DNA of 64,000 bases from Raillietiella orientalis (Eukaryota). Numbering within the stretch: position 1 is the first letter of the stretch; every line of letters begins with the position of its first letter. The notes beneath the pieces were generated by a model that was not told the origin of the DNA, did not search any database, and saw only the letters and a program-made list of their open reading frames with translations. Shown piece by piece: positions 1 to 12,599 of this stretch. The stretch is from the NCBI GenBank assembly GCA_036172245.1, contig JAYWIR010000006.1, positions 1,984,001 to 2,048,000 of the forward strand. The letters run 5' to 3'. Made by a program: the position numbers and the translations under genes.

Positions 1-1800
1 TTCACTGAGCTACGAATTATGCACTCAAAGGAATTGCGAAACAAATTGGAGCAAAATATCTGATGTTCGGAAGGACTTCCGGTTCAGCTGTTCCCATTTC
101 TCCTCACTGTCTGTATCCACGTCATAACGCCGTGTCGATCAGATTTTCAAACGCATAGTATTACATATAACAGACATGGGCGTAATTAGCGTATGGCTCT
201 TCCTTCTCAAGAAGCCGTTGGCTGAGAAATTTGCCCTTGCTGTCTTCTGACTCTCTGCAAGTGAACAAGGTCAGCGCAGGCATCCAGTGGAGATGCTGGA
301 CCGCCTTGATAGCCTTGCTGTATGCAGTGCCAAGTCAAGTTTTCCTTGTGTCCAGCTAGGTCACTCTCTCGTGATCCGGTGTGCTTTCTCCATCAAACTC
401 CCCTCGTTCCCCAAAGTCCCGGAGATTCTACGTGAAGCTTTCAATGGTGGCATCCTCGCGACCTCCATTTCGGTTCTCACACGCAACATTATGGGGAAGA
501 GATCCTCTTCCTTGCTCTGAGCTGCTCCTGGCATACAGTTGTTGCATTTAGCGATGGTGAGAGCGCCCTCGAGCAACCCAAGGGGCTCTGCGCTTCAATA
601 TGGCTGCTAATTGAGATCCGTCTTCCGGACGAATGTCAGTAAGGACGAGCTCAGTTCAATCTGTGACTCATCATGACTTCCCAATGTACGCCCCTAGAAC
701 ACTAGGTGGGCGTGCAGACCACCTCCTTCTCCATGTTGCCTGCCTGTTTTTCTGTAATCTTCAGCGCCCTCTTCTCTCCCAGAATCTTGCAGTCCCAAGT
801 ATCCTACGACGACTGTCTCTTCTGCAAGGTGAAGAGGGGAACCATTCCTCGATATTTGCTCTCCTTCTTCTGCCTTGCTTACTGCGTCGTCTTTAATGAA
901 CACAGCGCATCTAGAATGATGGCTGGTCCCTCTCTCTCTTTGTGGCCCCAAATATGGTTTTTACCCTGAAATCCGTTCCTGGAACGAACTTATTGTTCGA
1001 GGTGCTCCTCCAGTATTTTACCTCCTCGAATTCTTCCAGATATGATTGATGATGCTCGTACAGATGAGAGATTCATTCCTGTCTACCATGTAAGTTTGTA
1101 TTTCAACAGCTGGAGGTTGCCTAGGAAACTCCCTAAGGCATAGAGCTGTCCCACCCAAGGCATGCTCCTCCCTCCTGTCAAGAATTTCCATGCTTACGCT
1201 GCATCAGCGCAGGTCCGAAGTGCTCTTCGTTCGTCATGTGGGCATCGACGGTAGAATATTCGAGTGGGAGCCTCCGCGGTATCTGGAAACCCACTTTCTT
1301 TTGGCTCGTTTCTATGCCTGTCTACCTATGGTTGCAGATTCTTGGAACATCACTGTTGTGCTTGTTGTATTTCCCAGATGTTTCTGGGGTCTCCAAGACT
1401 GAGTGCTTTGAGCTTCAGCGAACAGAGCAGTTTCAAATTGTCGCGCTTCCTTCGCACTAACTAGCATCTCGGCGACATGCAGTTTCATCTTCAGAAGGTG
1501 AACCCTTGCGCTCGTATCTTCGTCTGCCGTAGATGCTGTTGGTAGTTTTCTGTAATGTCTCCAAGAAGGCTCTTCATTGATCTCCTGTAGTGCAGAAGGT
1601 TCCAATTTTTCATGATTGCCAGATCGATTGCCTGCATCATGGCTACTATGTTAGAACACGGAGATTCCAGCTGGAAGCTTTTCCAATACCCTTAACGCAG
1701 AGTGTCCCACACAATTAATTGTCAGCAAGAACTTTCCTGCAGCTCCGCTTCCTACCGTTTTAGACATTTCTCAGAAGTTTTGGAAGTCACCTATACAGTT
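1..1800 (-). mobile_element. Degenerate non-LTR retrotransposon, RT region (runs off the window start)
   Basis: The minus-strand translation across stops and frameshifts gives LGCSRAL (~570, like RT GCxEH) and IQQGYQGGPASPL (~285-325, like RT GVKQGCPLSPL) in the correct order. Confidence 0.55.
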
Positions 1801-2399
1801 TTTATTTTTTTTTGTTAACATAAGGGTGATGTCAAATGCCGCAGTCTCCCGTATCCCGCTGGAACGTCATGGGATCCGAAATAGATGAAGACAATCCTCG
1901 CCGTTTTATCGATTCGATTTCTTCCTTGAAGATCCGTCCCCAATAAACGGCCGTCCCAGTTAACCGATGGTGCAATAACAGGAAGTTACCGTATAATGAC
2001 TGAATCGAGTCGGATGCAAAGGGAACTGCATCTCATCTGCTGTGCATGGCATTTGCGAAGACGACAAATCTACCAGCACCATTCCTACACTTTTGAAATG
2101 CTGCCGTCCAAAACATTCGCGCGAAACATTTCTTTCAATACAGTCGGCTCTTTGACACCGAATGGAGTGCTTTGTTTCTTTTTTTGGTTCGCTTCTGCTT
2201 TGAGATTTGTTGGAACTGTCATGTTCTACCTTTTCAACAGGCTAAGGAGGTTCGCCATATGTGTGTGTGTATTAATTTTCTTAGCATTTGTAAGATGAGA
2301 ATTCGTACGGTACACAAGTTTCATTTCTCCTCTTTCTTTGCAGTGATTTCATGTTGTCGGTGTGTGGAACGTTCATATCTCCAGGAAACCAAATTTCCT

Positions 2400-3000
2400 G
2401 TGAGCTTTCCTTACTGATGGGAAATGGCATGAAAACCTTGGGTACCCTTATCTTAATGAGGGTCGAATAGAGATTCTTCTTAGATCTCTTCCTTTCTGCA
2501 CAGTAGCTGCAAGGAATCCTTACTAGAGAATGGTTTCATCTTCAATCTTCCCCTAATCCGAAGGCATTCCGAGATCACCAACTTGCATCCTCTACACGTG
2601 TCATATGTATTTTGGTTCGATTTGAAAGTTATTCTTCAGAAAAAGACTTTTCGTGGTGCCCTGTAAGACACTCTGGTTTAGTCAATGAGATGAAATCAAG
2701 GATGGAGATTTGTACGCTGCTGTTCCCTTGTTAGCGCAGCTGGTATCTTCTCTTGGATCATTCGAAGCTTTCTTTCATCAGGTGATCTTAAGATCACTCA
2801 ATGATTCATGGACCTTGCAACTAGAAAGAAAGCTCCTCTTAGAAACCAACGCACTGATTGTGGCTTGCCTCCCTCGCAGATGGTGCGTCCTCCGCCTTCT
2901 TCTTCCTCTATTCGGGTAGCGCGTACCAAGAGGATCACCCAGAGGACCTCGAACCAACCCATTGCAGAAACAGATTCCTAACTGCAAGGGATCTGGAGCC
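2400..3000 (-). mobile_element. Degenerate non-LTR RT N-terminal fragment
   Basis: The minus strand reads SSCKVHESLSDLKIT**KKASNDPRED...AYKSP, resembling the RT motif CxxxxKVPxxWKxSxTxLIxKKGDxxDPxNWRPI...YK. Heavily decayed. Confidence 0.4.
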
Positions 3001-5799
3001 CCAGGGCAGCAGAAGAGCCGACTGTTCCGGGCGCCTCTTACCTCGAAGAACCTTTAGTCGCAGCTGTAAAGGCGGCAAGACAAAGCAAAGAGGGAAAGTG
3101 TCGAAAATTAGTTCTCCATTGAGCCACTAGAGGGGTGCTTGCATCAGTGCGAGTTCTCGTCGTAAGATCCGTGGGAGCCTGGGATCCGGCAAACAACGAT
3201 GTAATGTCAGAGTTCGAGACTCCTAGGTCATGCCGAAACACATCAGAAGCAAAGTAATGCGTGCTTGTATATCAAGAACTTCTGGGATGTATACTGGAAG
3301 CACAAGGTGGATCACTGTCCTGGATAAAGCTATCCGAAGTCCAGCCTCTTCAGGAAAAGACAAGGAGTCCAGATGTATTGCGGAGAAGGTGGAGAGTGTC
3401 TCTTATCATTGGCCGAAACTTTCGCTGACATGTTTGTACAGAACAAATGTGCATAAAATTACCCCTTACCTCCTCATGAAAAAAGAGAACTCGCATCCCA
3501 AACCAGCAGCGACTAGTACACTTTTTATTCTTCCAAAATCTATAAGGCACCCGTCGGTGACATAAGTTTAATAGAAAATTATACCACAGAATCCAAATTA
3601 CCGAGTCTACATGGAGAAGATTAGGACTTGTGCTTTTAGGAAACTACAGAGATAAGGATGTGAAACATCTATCATGATGGCGACGATAAGTTTGGGATTA
3701 GATGGAAGTAGCTGAATACAAAAGCACAACAGAAATACATTAGATGATGTTAAGGCAGTTTTCCATCAGAAACAGTAGATAAACTTCAGCCAAAGAGTTC
3801 ATGCAGCTCGACAACTCAGGTTTGAGGATCTTGGAAACAAAGAAGGACATCTACACAAAGCCATTGCAACGATTCTCTAAAATCCTAAAGGTAGAAAAAT
3901 CATCAGCATAACAAGGACGGATTTGTAAAAAAATAGTAGACTTTTATGTGGTAGAATTGAAGAGGCACAGCAAAATTTCATTCATTGATCCGATTGAAAT
4001 GCTGAAAAGTAGTCACAGGATTCCAGAGTGATAAAGATCAGGGACCAAGGGAAAGACCATTTTTTTACTTTTTGTGCGCAGAGTTAAATTCAGATGTTGA
4101 TACCTCAGCAATCTAAAGATTTTGTTTGCACATTGACTAAATATAGTGGGGCTGGGAGTTTTACGTTGAACATTCCTAACTTTCACGTGAAATCTCTGCA
4201 AATCAAGTAAGTGCAATAAAAGGTTCATGCTCATTAATTCCTTCATTAAAATCATAAGCATGTTCTTATCGGGTTAATAATCATAATGAGCGACTGCCAT
4301 TTTTGATGTACATAATGACTGATTTATATCCCCGATTAAGACTGACGGAAAAGTTGCATTTCTATCTAGGCAGAAATCAGAAACAATCAGAAACCACATG
4401 AATAATCTCCACGAAGAAGGGAAAACAAAGTTCTACCATGAAAAGTGACTTTATAAATTTAATGTATCTTTTATCAGCAAAGTATTAATCAGAGCTGTCG
4501 ATTATAAGTAATCCATAATAAAAAGAAGGCCATCAAAGGAGAATATAAAATTTCATTCTCATTTCAATACATTAAGAAAACTCATTAAACTCGTGTCCAC
4601 TTCTTCATCGGAAACAAAAACACCAGGTTAAACAGATTGGTGAGTGGCATCACTTTCAAATGTTATTTGCTATCTTATCTCATTGGCAAAATGAACTGAA
4701 TACCTTATGGTTTTACAATCCAAAACCGCACACACGGATAAGTTTAGAATTTGGCGATGCTAACATTGACGGAGGAATAGAATATTCTATTGTATTCATA
4801 AATCAGGAGGTTTATCTTGTTGTGGCAGCATTCCTGGGTGTAGATAGCTATTCAGGGATAACTTGTTCTGCAGTGGCTAAAAGTCCATGCGTTAAATTCT
4901 TCCCCTGAGTTGCAAGGTTGAGTCGCAGATCAATGAGGTCTCACATTTAAGGTACAGGAAAATCCTTGCAATTAATATCTAGATCCTTTGTTATCCCCAC
5001 AATACATTGAATAGTACTTTTCCTCATTCCTTCCGCGAAACATCTGTTCTCTGATTTACTTAGGCAAAAGATGTGTTCAGAGGACGTGGTGATTCCCTGG
5101 GTATATTGAGAATTCATGGAATTTGGTGTGTGTAGGTTTTGCCGGCTCGATATACAAATAACAAGGGTGGGGAGTAGACTGAAGTCTTGCTGAACATTCC
5201 AATGAATTTCTGAGATGCCCTATCTTCCTTTTTATAGGTCCATCAACTTGAGGATAAGAACAGCAAAATAATCAGGGCAGTGCATTACACGTCTCACTCA
5301 CCACAGTCAGTTGGATTTCGGGGATCAACTCAGCACTAACGAATTTCCAGCAACCAATTCCGAGTACTTTCAGAACAATAAATATGTGAAAATTTGGCAT
5401 GCACATTTATTATAGCCCCCTCCCTCCGCCAAATCTTAAACGGAAATAAATCAAATACTGCTCTGATGTTCGAAATATGTGATCAAATTTGAATTTCTCT
5501 TCTTAAGTGACACTCGATGACTTCGCTCTTCTTTAAAAGGTGGGATGACTGATTTTTCCGAATCCCTCCGGTCCGATCATACCCAAAAACCAATCCATTC
5601 TTCCATCACAGGAATCGGTTTTGAACATCTCATGTCAAATATCGCATCCCGTTTACTAGGGGAAAAGCTCGGTTTGGACCTGCTTTCAGCCCAAAATAAC
5701 TTGGGCGCAGAAGGTAGAAAATTTGTTAATTTGGTCTAAGCCCTGTGCCACATTTTAGGTGGATTGGTATTAATATATGGCAATAATAATCGATGATGA

Positions 5800-6105
5800 T
5801 TATACAAAACAGTGCATTATACGAAATACTTCATTCATACGTCCTACATCTTCATTCACAGATGCAGCTGGAAAAGAAGCATAACGTTTTTCGGCTTCTG
5901 CCATTGATGTGCACCAACCCTTGAAATCAGGAGGCACAAAGGTTTGCTATAAACTTTTGAATACTATGTTGGTGTTGTGTTTGTTTGTCCTTGCTGCGAT
6001 TACAACGATTCCATTTCTCCGAATGTAAACTATCATCTGTGCAAGCTGATTTTTTAGAAGGCATTCACAAATAGGGTCTCCCTGAAGTATGCAACCACAA
6101 TACAT
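5800..6105 (-). pseudogene. Putative two-exon ORF or pseudogene fragment resembling the C-terminal half of a SPRY/B30.2 domain
   Basis: Exon 6105-6004 (MYCGCILQGDPICECLLKNQLAQMIVYIRRNGIV), a 57-nt GTAATC...TTTATAG intron at 6003-5947, and exon 5946-5800 (QTFVPPDFKGW...RYASFPAASVNED...*). The pattern resembles SPRY GDxIGCxL...IxFxxNG...FPAxS. There is an in-frame stop just upstream of the ATG and no N-terminal exons were found. Confidence 0.35.
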
Positions 6106-6999
6106 GCCGTCATGTTATGGAAGCAATTTTGTTAAATTCTTTCAACAATTCTTCAACCAACTAACCCTATTAATTTTATTTCATTCAATCTGTTGGCATT
6201 ACTGTTTCAAATGCTGAGAAGCAGCTGTTTAAAAGATTAGAAACATCAGAAGATTAGAGAGATTTTGAGCTCTAACACATTGATGATTTCCTTGTTTAGT
6301 GTAGGAGCTCAGCCAAAAGGTAAAAAAACTAAGGATACTCTTAACAAATAAGTGGAATAAAATTGGAATCCTTCAGACAAGGAGACTATAGATTTGAATG
6401 TACACTGGGCACATTTCCAGAAATTGTGGTGCGAATGATAAATGTGATAGAAGCAGTATACGGAACAGTCCATGTTAAAATGAAATTCTGAGATTTTTGT
6501 TTTTTTTTCCCATGTGTATACCAACAGAAAAGACATTTCCAAGTCAGTTTAGAAAAATTGGACCCTAGAAGTTTTAGATCACATAATACTAGTTGCTAAA
6601 CATCAGATCATACAAATAAATGACAACCTTACCCACAAAAGTGTTTATAGCACTCAATGACGAACACTCACAGTAATAAATAATATGTATCCTCCAGCAT
6701 TGCACTGAAGCAAAATGCTTAGTAAAAAGTACATGGGAAATGAAAGCAGCTCGTTTAACTATCAAAGATATACACAATGATGGATAAAATATTCAACAGT
6801 CACCAAAAGAATACCATAAATGTCTATTCCACAACAATCATGCAGCGAATTACTTTATTATATTCAACCAGACCACATATGAGGAATCCTTCACCTGCCA
6901 TGCCTATTAATGACAATCCTCTAAATGGACAAATGAACTGATTGCATCTATTCCATATTTATAAATCTGCAACAATAAAAGAAATTGACTGAGTCTGTC

Positions 7000-7578
7000 T
7001 TATTGGAGCTGGCTTAGTAATTGTTGACAGGAGAACAACTGGGCATTAAGATTATTCACTTTGGTATAGTAATCATCCAAAAGTAAATGGATGCTACTTC
7101 TTAGTTGTGATGCTTGGGCTTCTTGTTCAGCTTGGATAGCCACCACTTGCTTTAGTTTAGTTTCCTCATGCAATACTCCAGATAGAACATCACTACTCAG
7201 AAATTGAGACTGTTGCTGTACTTGTTCCAAATTCTTAAGTTGTTGCTGTATGCTGTCTTTTTGGGACAACAGAAAGTCACTTAGGGTTGGAAATAAAGTG
7301 AGGCCTTCGGCAGTAGGCTCCAAATATGTATTGAGTTCCTGAATATACTGAAGAAACTGGTTTACGCCAGGTTTTGAAGCCTGAAAGCTACTGATTTGTT
7401 GGCTAGCTTCCAAAAGTCTTTGAATACACTAACTAACACTGTGAAGGAATATTAGAACTGAAGTACTCACAGATTGCTGTGAACCATGTTCAGAAGTGGT
7501 TCCAAGAATTTTTTGTTCCAAGCATGCCAATCTCTCTTCAATCATAGCAATTGTTAAATTGCTATTTTCAGTACCCAT
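7000..7578 (-). CDS. DCTN3: Dynactin subunit 3 (p24/p22), two exons, 178 aa
   Basis: Exon 1 is 7578-7471 (MGTENSNLTIAMIEERLACLEQKILGTTSEHGSQQS). A 42-nt intron at 7470-7429 reads GTGAGT...CTAAT...TAG. Exon 2 is 7428-7000 (CIQRLLEASQQISSF...ELNTYLEP...DFLLSQKDSIQQQLKNLEQV...LLLDDYYTKVNNLNAQLFSCQQLLSQLQ*). The protein is co-linear with p24 motifs as I recall them (RVEELERWVYG, DLIKYLDP, FILAEEQFILSQVALLEQV, LLEEYNK) and of similar length. Confidence 0.88.
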
Positions 7579-8017
7579 GACTGACAACAAAATAATATGA
7601 AAATACAATATGATGAATTCCCTGAAAAAAGGTGGGGACAGATATTAGAAAAACAATACTGGAACTTGCATAAAACTTAAAGGTGTTGAATTTACAATCC
7701 AGTTCAACAATGTATAAGGACATCTTATTTCCCCTTTTTTACATTAAAATCATCATGGATGCACATATAATTGGCACGGTAATAGAGCTGTTCCTATTAC
7801 ACCAACTTCACCCTATGGAAGCCTGTCAATATTTGCAACACATAACGTAAACAATTTTCATCCAGTGATAGTCAAAGTAACGAACGTATGCAAAATGTAA
7901 ATGTTGTATTTGGTTAGAGCATCCGAAATTTTGCAACCTCCATCATGATCCACGGAAATTTTCAAAATCTGATCAGGACATGATTAACTCATTCATACCA
8001 AATCAATTTTCTGAAAA

Positions 8018-8437
8018 ATGCTTCGGGTGCAAATACGAAAGTATGGCAGTGGCAATGTCCCCTATTTTTTTTCTTAATCAGTTTTGCAATAACTCGTTTC
8101 AGAAATAGCAAAATAAAATCAATCTCAATTCACTACTGCTGGATGTGAGTACAACTTCAGAAACACATTTCTCAACACATGAGGTTAACTACATTAAAAC
8201 AGAAACTCGATCAAAATGATGGTGCATGACGAAAAAGATCCACGAAAAGCCTTTGAACACACTGGGAAACTTCATTCGATTACGATTCCATTTGAATATG
8301 ACACGAAGATGTCAGGTAGGCAACCAACACGAAGAAATAAATATCCTGCCAAACCCACCGTACGGACCACGGTCGCTAGGAGCAGGCACAGGGTAGCCAC
8401 ACGATGCGGGCCAAAAACGCGGGACGGAAACCGCTGA
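8018..8437 (+). CDS. Putative three-exon ORF, divergent from DCTN3, with weak jacalin-like lectin resemblance
   Basis: ATG at 8018, intron 8041-8102 (GTATGG...TTTCAG, 62 nt) and intron 8145-8202 (GTGAGT...AAACAG, 58 nt). The spliced frame is open and joins ORF 8216-8437: MLRVQIRKNSKIKSISIHYCWINSIKMMVHDEKDPRKAFEHTGKLHSITIPFEYDTKMSGR. IKSISIHYxWINSI and EYxTKMSG resemble jacalin strands. The 3' end is uncertain. Confidence 0.4.
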
Positions 8438-10000
8438 AAAGAACGATGGATAAAATTGAGCACCTAAAATTCCTTAATTGATAGATATATTTTTTTTTTG
8501 AAACAAAAGAAAAATTGCATCGGATGAACAAAATTTTTTTAATGATTATATGGAAAAAAGATATGAAACCTCATCTCTGCCTATAGAATGAAGCGAATGT
8601 AATTTCAATAGGCTTCTTCTTCCAGAACACAAATAGTATACAGCTGTCATTTATTATGCGTGTAAAGAACCATTAGTGAGTAAAATAAAAAAAAAATCCA
8701 AACCTTGCTACAGTAGTCCCTTCAGTTTTAAAACTAGAATGGATTTCCTGTGTGAAACATAAACGCTTTAGAAATTAAGTTCCAAAATCCAAACTTTTTT
8801 CTAGAAAGCCATCTACACAGAAGGATGTTCAGTGAAATCATATGATACAAATAAGTTGATTCATCTCCCACTATCATAAGTAAACAGTGATCTTTTGAAA
8901 ACATCTGCCGTTGATCAATTAATTGAATGCTTACATCTAAATCTCTTCCCAACTCGTTCTATTTTGCAGCATCAATTATATTACATCAGAGGTATATTTT
9001 CGCACCATCAACTAGAATAGTCTAATGTAATTAGACATTGAATGCTTTTAACTTTTTCATTTCTTTTTTCGTATGCACCATCATTTATATTGTGTTTAAC
9101 CCATTTTGAAATGTAGACTTTAAGGATTCCTGATAAGCTTCCTCATGTCCTGGTAAGTAAAACTTTCTAGACTTACTGAAGACGGTTTAATAGGAGAGAA
9201 TACTGCTAAAAAACAAAAATCTTTATCTCAGATTTCCTCATTTTTTCTATTCCGTCTGTGGCACAAACTCCTAGATGAATTTATGCGTTATCTCAAGTGG
9301 TAAGAATGCTTTTTAATATTTGAGTTCTTTTCTTGGGGAAGTCAATGTGGGTAGGAAAAAGACTTATCAAATTCTGAATTTGAAATAAAATTTTATTACA
9401 TTGCTCGTTGATATACATGCTGTTTTGCAATTTTCATTTATTTGCAATCAAATCTGAAGTCTGCAATTCCACCATTTCTCAAGATTCCAACTTGTTTGCA
9501 GTACAATCGTTTCGAAAAAACTAATGATTGCCAAGAAAGAGAACCATAAGAACTCATTGTAATATCTTAAAGTGTTTCTACAGTTTGAGAATAAAGATGC
9601 TAAGCAATCTTAACAATCATGCATTTAGGAACAAGTACAAAAGAAAGAATCAAATGGATACATTGGCTACCAGGGTGAACTAAAAAATAAATCTCCTCAG
9701 ATAATAAGCGTTATTCGATAGACCTTCTAGATGAAAACCCAATAGTTTATTGGCTTCAGCCTGTTCTGTAGGAATGGTGGGAGCAGACAGCATTTCAGAT
9801 TGGTTGTGAAGGTGCCATCTACGTCTTCATTAAGATATATGACTAAACCCATCCAATAAAAAGATATCTGTCACCATATGTGTATTGTATGTCTGTCAAT
9901 GAATGGTGTTATGTCGACGAATGGAATTACGAGTATTGTGGTTGTGTTCATGAAAGGAGGCATCACCAAGAGGTATCTATGATATGTATTCATGGATTGT
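8389..10000 (+). mobile_element. Possible decayed hAT-like DNA transposon
   Basis: A GC-rich CAGGGTAGCCAC...GCGGGAC at 8389 resembles hAT termini. Downstream decayed translations in hAT order: LPHVL (~9140, cf. CxxHxL), QTPR*IYALSQVVRML (~9265, cf. TRWxS...L.R) and DENPIVYW...VKVPSTS (~9730-9830, cf. the dimerisation domain). No matching right TIR was found. Confidence 0.3.
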
Positions 10001-10699
10001 ACGGTGAACATGTGGACATGAACCTAGGAATCTAATGTTATACAACATTGTAGCCATATTACAATTCACAGGGTGTGTCTATTCCAAGATAGATGAGAGT
10101 GATATCTAAAAGTGTTTCATTTAAACTTAAAATCAATGATTATTTGTACCGTTTTAAGAAAGACTTGGATAGCTTTGATAGGGAAGTTTGATGAAGAAAC
10201 TTTAATAAAGAAATCGGCTACTAGCTAGTAACAGGAGGGATGAGAGTTTTCACTGTCAGCATTGTCGTTTCTACAGTCCATCTTCATTCTGAATATCGTA
10301 TCCGGAATAGCAAACAATCCTTTCTGTAATAACATCTCAAGAAAAGGAAAACTATTAAACGCATAAGACTAACTGATCATCAAAAGAAAGGATTCTTCCC
10401 GCACACCCCATCCCTAGCAAACCTCACCTTTCATTTATGTGAATCATTAATCCTGAATCAATCAATTACAAAAAGATTAGCAACTTAGTGCAGAATAAAT
10501 CAAAAGATTGTGAATTTATGTGATGGCAACCATTCAGAACCTCTGCAATCACACGCAGACACTGTTATCTCATTATGGTAGATTAATGAAGTACCTTTAG
10601 ATTCAAGCCACCACTTGCAGCTAAAGATTTGGTATTGTGCTTTTCTATGCTATCCAATATGGTGGGCTTTCTAGGTTTGTTTGTGGCTCTTGCAGCCTT

Positions 10700-11200
10700 T
10701 AGAACCTCACCTGAAGCGGTTTGGAAGACTTATGAAGTTTAAAAAGCTTAAGAATTTCTGTGCACGTGCAGTTCTGCGCATTTCCTCAGAGTACAGACAT
10801 GTATACGATGCAAGAGCGATTCACGACCAGCCTGCTTCGTGGGCAGCTTTGGGAGGATTCTCAAAATCCCCTACAATAAGGTAGCTGGGTTGCGCAAGAG
10901 ATCTCTGATTGCAAAACCTTCAACCAGCTGCCTTTGCTACACATCTGCCTTGCTAGTAGTATTTCATGTCCAAAATTGCTGCGAAATCCTACTCTGTCAA
11001 CTCCGAAAAGAAGCGACATTTCCGCTTGTCCCTGCCAACTCCCAGCTCTCATACCAGCAGGCTTAGAAAGTGCGGTCCTGCATGCTGGGGCTGTGTCTTT
11101 AGTGCACCTAATGTGGTGCGCGCGCAAAAGATCGTTAAAACCAGCATCCAGCTCACAGGATGGCCCAGGGTACTTGAAATTTCGAGTCCTTTTCATCTCA
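10700..11200 (-). mobile_element. Zinc-finger N-terminal fragment of a non-LTR (RLE-type) element
   Basis: FKYPGPSCELDAGFNDLLRAHHIRC is a decayed C2H2/CCHC-like finger. GC content rises here relative to the AT-rich island. Confidence 0.35.
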
Positions 11201-11689
11201 AGCATTTGTGGCGTAACCATGTACATGAGCGTGCATGTGTGTATGCCTGTGTGTACATCCACAAGTCACTAGTACGTGTACACACGTTCCTATTTTGAAA
11301 TGGAATTTGAGCCAGCCCTTGTCGTTACACTGAAATCGGTTTAAATGTCCTTCAGGATCCTACTTTCATTCGTCCTTTTTTCTCGAGATACAAGTGACGC
11401 CACAAAAGGAAATTTCGAGAGTTGCAAAACGGAAAACCCAACCAAAATTGCACTAAAGGGGCAAAAAAGTGGAGAAGGAAAAAAAAAAAAATTCAGATGG
11501 GCTCGATTTTGTTGTGAGGCACGAAATCATTTCAGAGGAAGAAATGCATTTGTAAATTGGCAACCTCTCAACGAACCTCGTTTCTTGCCTCTTCTAAATT
11601 ACGAAGCTAAACGACAGGATGAGCTCCTATTTCTTACATTTCCCTGTCCATCTTGTCTTCTGAAATCGAAGACTTGATGTGTTTTCGGG

Positions 11690-12500
11690 AAAATGCACCG
11701 CGCTCTCATCAAATTGGCTAGATGTACCCCTCAGCCTTTTTTATTGGTCATTACGGGATGCGCCGCAAACACCATGAAGGCCCGGTGCAACGTGCGCGCC
11801 GGGATCTTCTGTTCCTCACTGCCCGCATACATAACATACCTGAGCGGGCAAAGTTGGAATGCCGTCTGGAATGTTCGGCACGATTCCCGAAACGGCCATT
11901 GCTGGAAAGCTATTTGCGATCAGTGAGGGAGCTGCTTCAGTCTCGATCCCGTTTTCCACCCAGCCTCAGTGACTGGAGGCTGAGCTCGGCGGCCGACGAC
12001 GCAACGTGCTGGACTCACCTGCAGCGACAAGCAAGAAGACATCTTCGACTCACACAGAGATTCGTGCTGCACATCCTTGCGACCTATGCCGGGACACTTC
12101 TGTTGCGGTGCGGGACTGGTGATGCAGCGCAGCATTCGTAGCCGGGATGCCTGCTCGGCAGCATCAGCTCACCTTGAAGGATGACTGCCGGTGGGGAGAT
12201 CGTCCCCTCACGCGAAACGGTGAGCCGCAGAACTTCAGACTCACGTTGAGCCGACTGCTTCTCTGCTTAGCAGCCGGACTGGAGCAAACGAAAGAAACAA
12301 AAAAAATAGTGCACTGTAGGGGAAAAGGACGGAAAGAACGAACAGCGTTGTTTGTCGGAAATTCCTGTGCGTAATCTGTATCTTGCTGTAGATGAGTGGA
12401 AGCTCATCCGTGATTATTTTGCACAGATGAGGCCATCTCGATGCGTCTCTATCAATGTGAAGAAGGATGTGACTTCTTCCAGCAGTATGAGCTCTACACA
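11690..12500 (+). mobile_element. N-terminal zinc-finger and pre-RT fragment of an RLE-type non-LTR element
   Basis: LECRLECSARFPKRPLLESYLRSV has C2H2 spacing with the His residues lost. WKLIRDYFAQ further on resembles the pre-RT region. Confidence 0.45.
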
Positions 12501-12599
12501 GATGTGCTGTTTAACGTATAGCTGCTACTTCAGTTGGTTCATCGCTAAGATTTGCGCGGCAAACCCTTGAGTTCTCTTACGGGTGCAGGAGAGCCTCCT

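Noticed and set aside
3230..3900. Possible tyrosine recombinase (YTGSTR..., VHAAR)
   Set aside because: The motifs are short, wrongly spaced and separated by several stops. Not supportable without an HMM search.
4261..4280. TGTTCTTATCGGGTTAATA, similar to U2 sequence near the Utopia target region
   Set aside because: Only about 19 nt in AT-rich DNA. Neither flank continues as U2 and no element 3' end abuts it.
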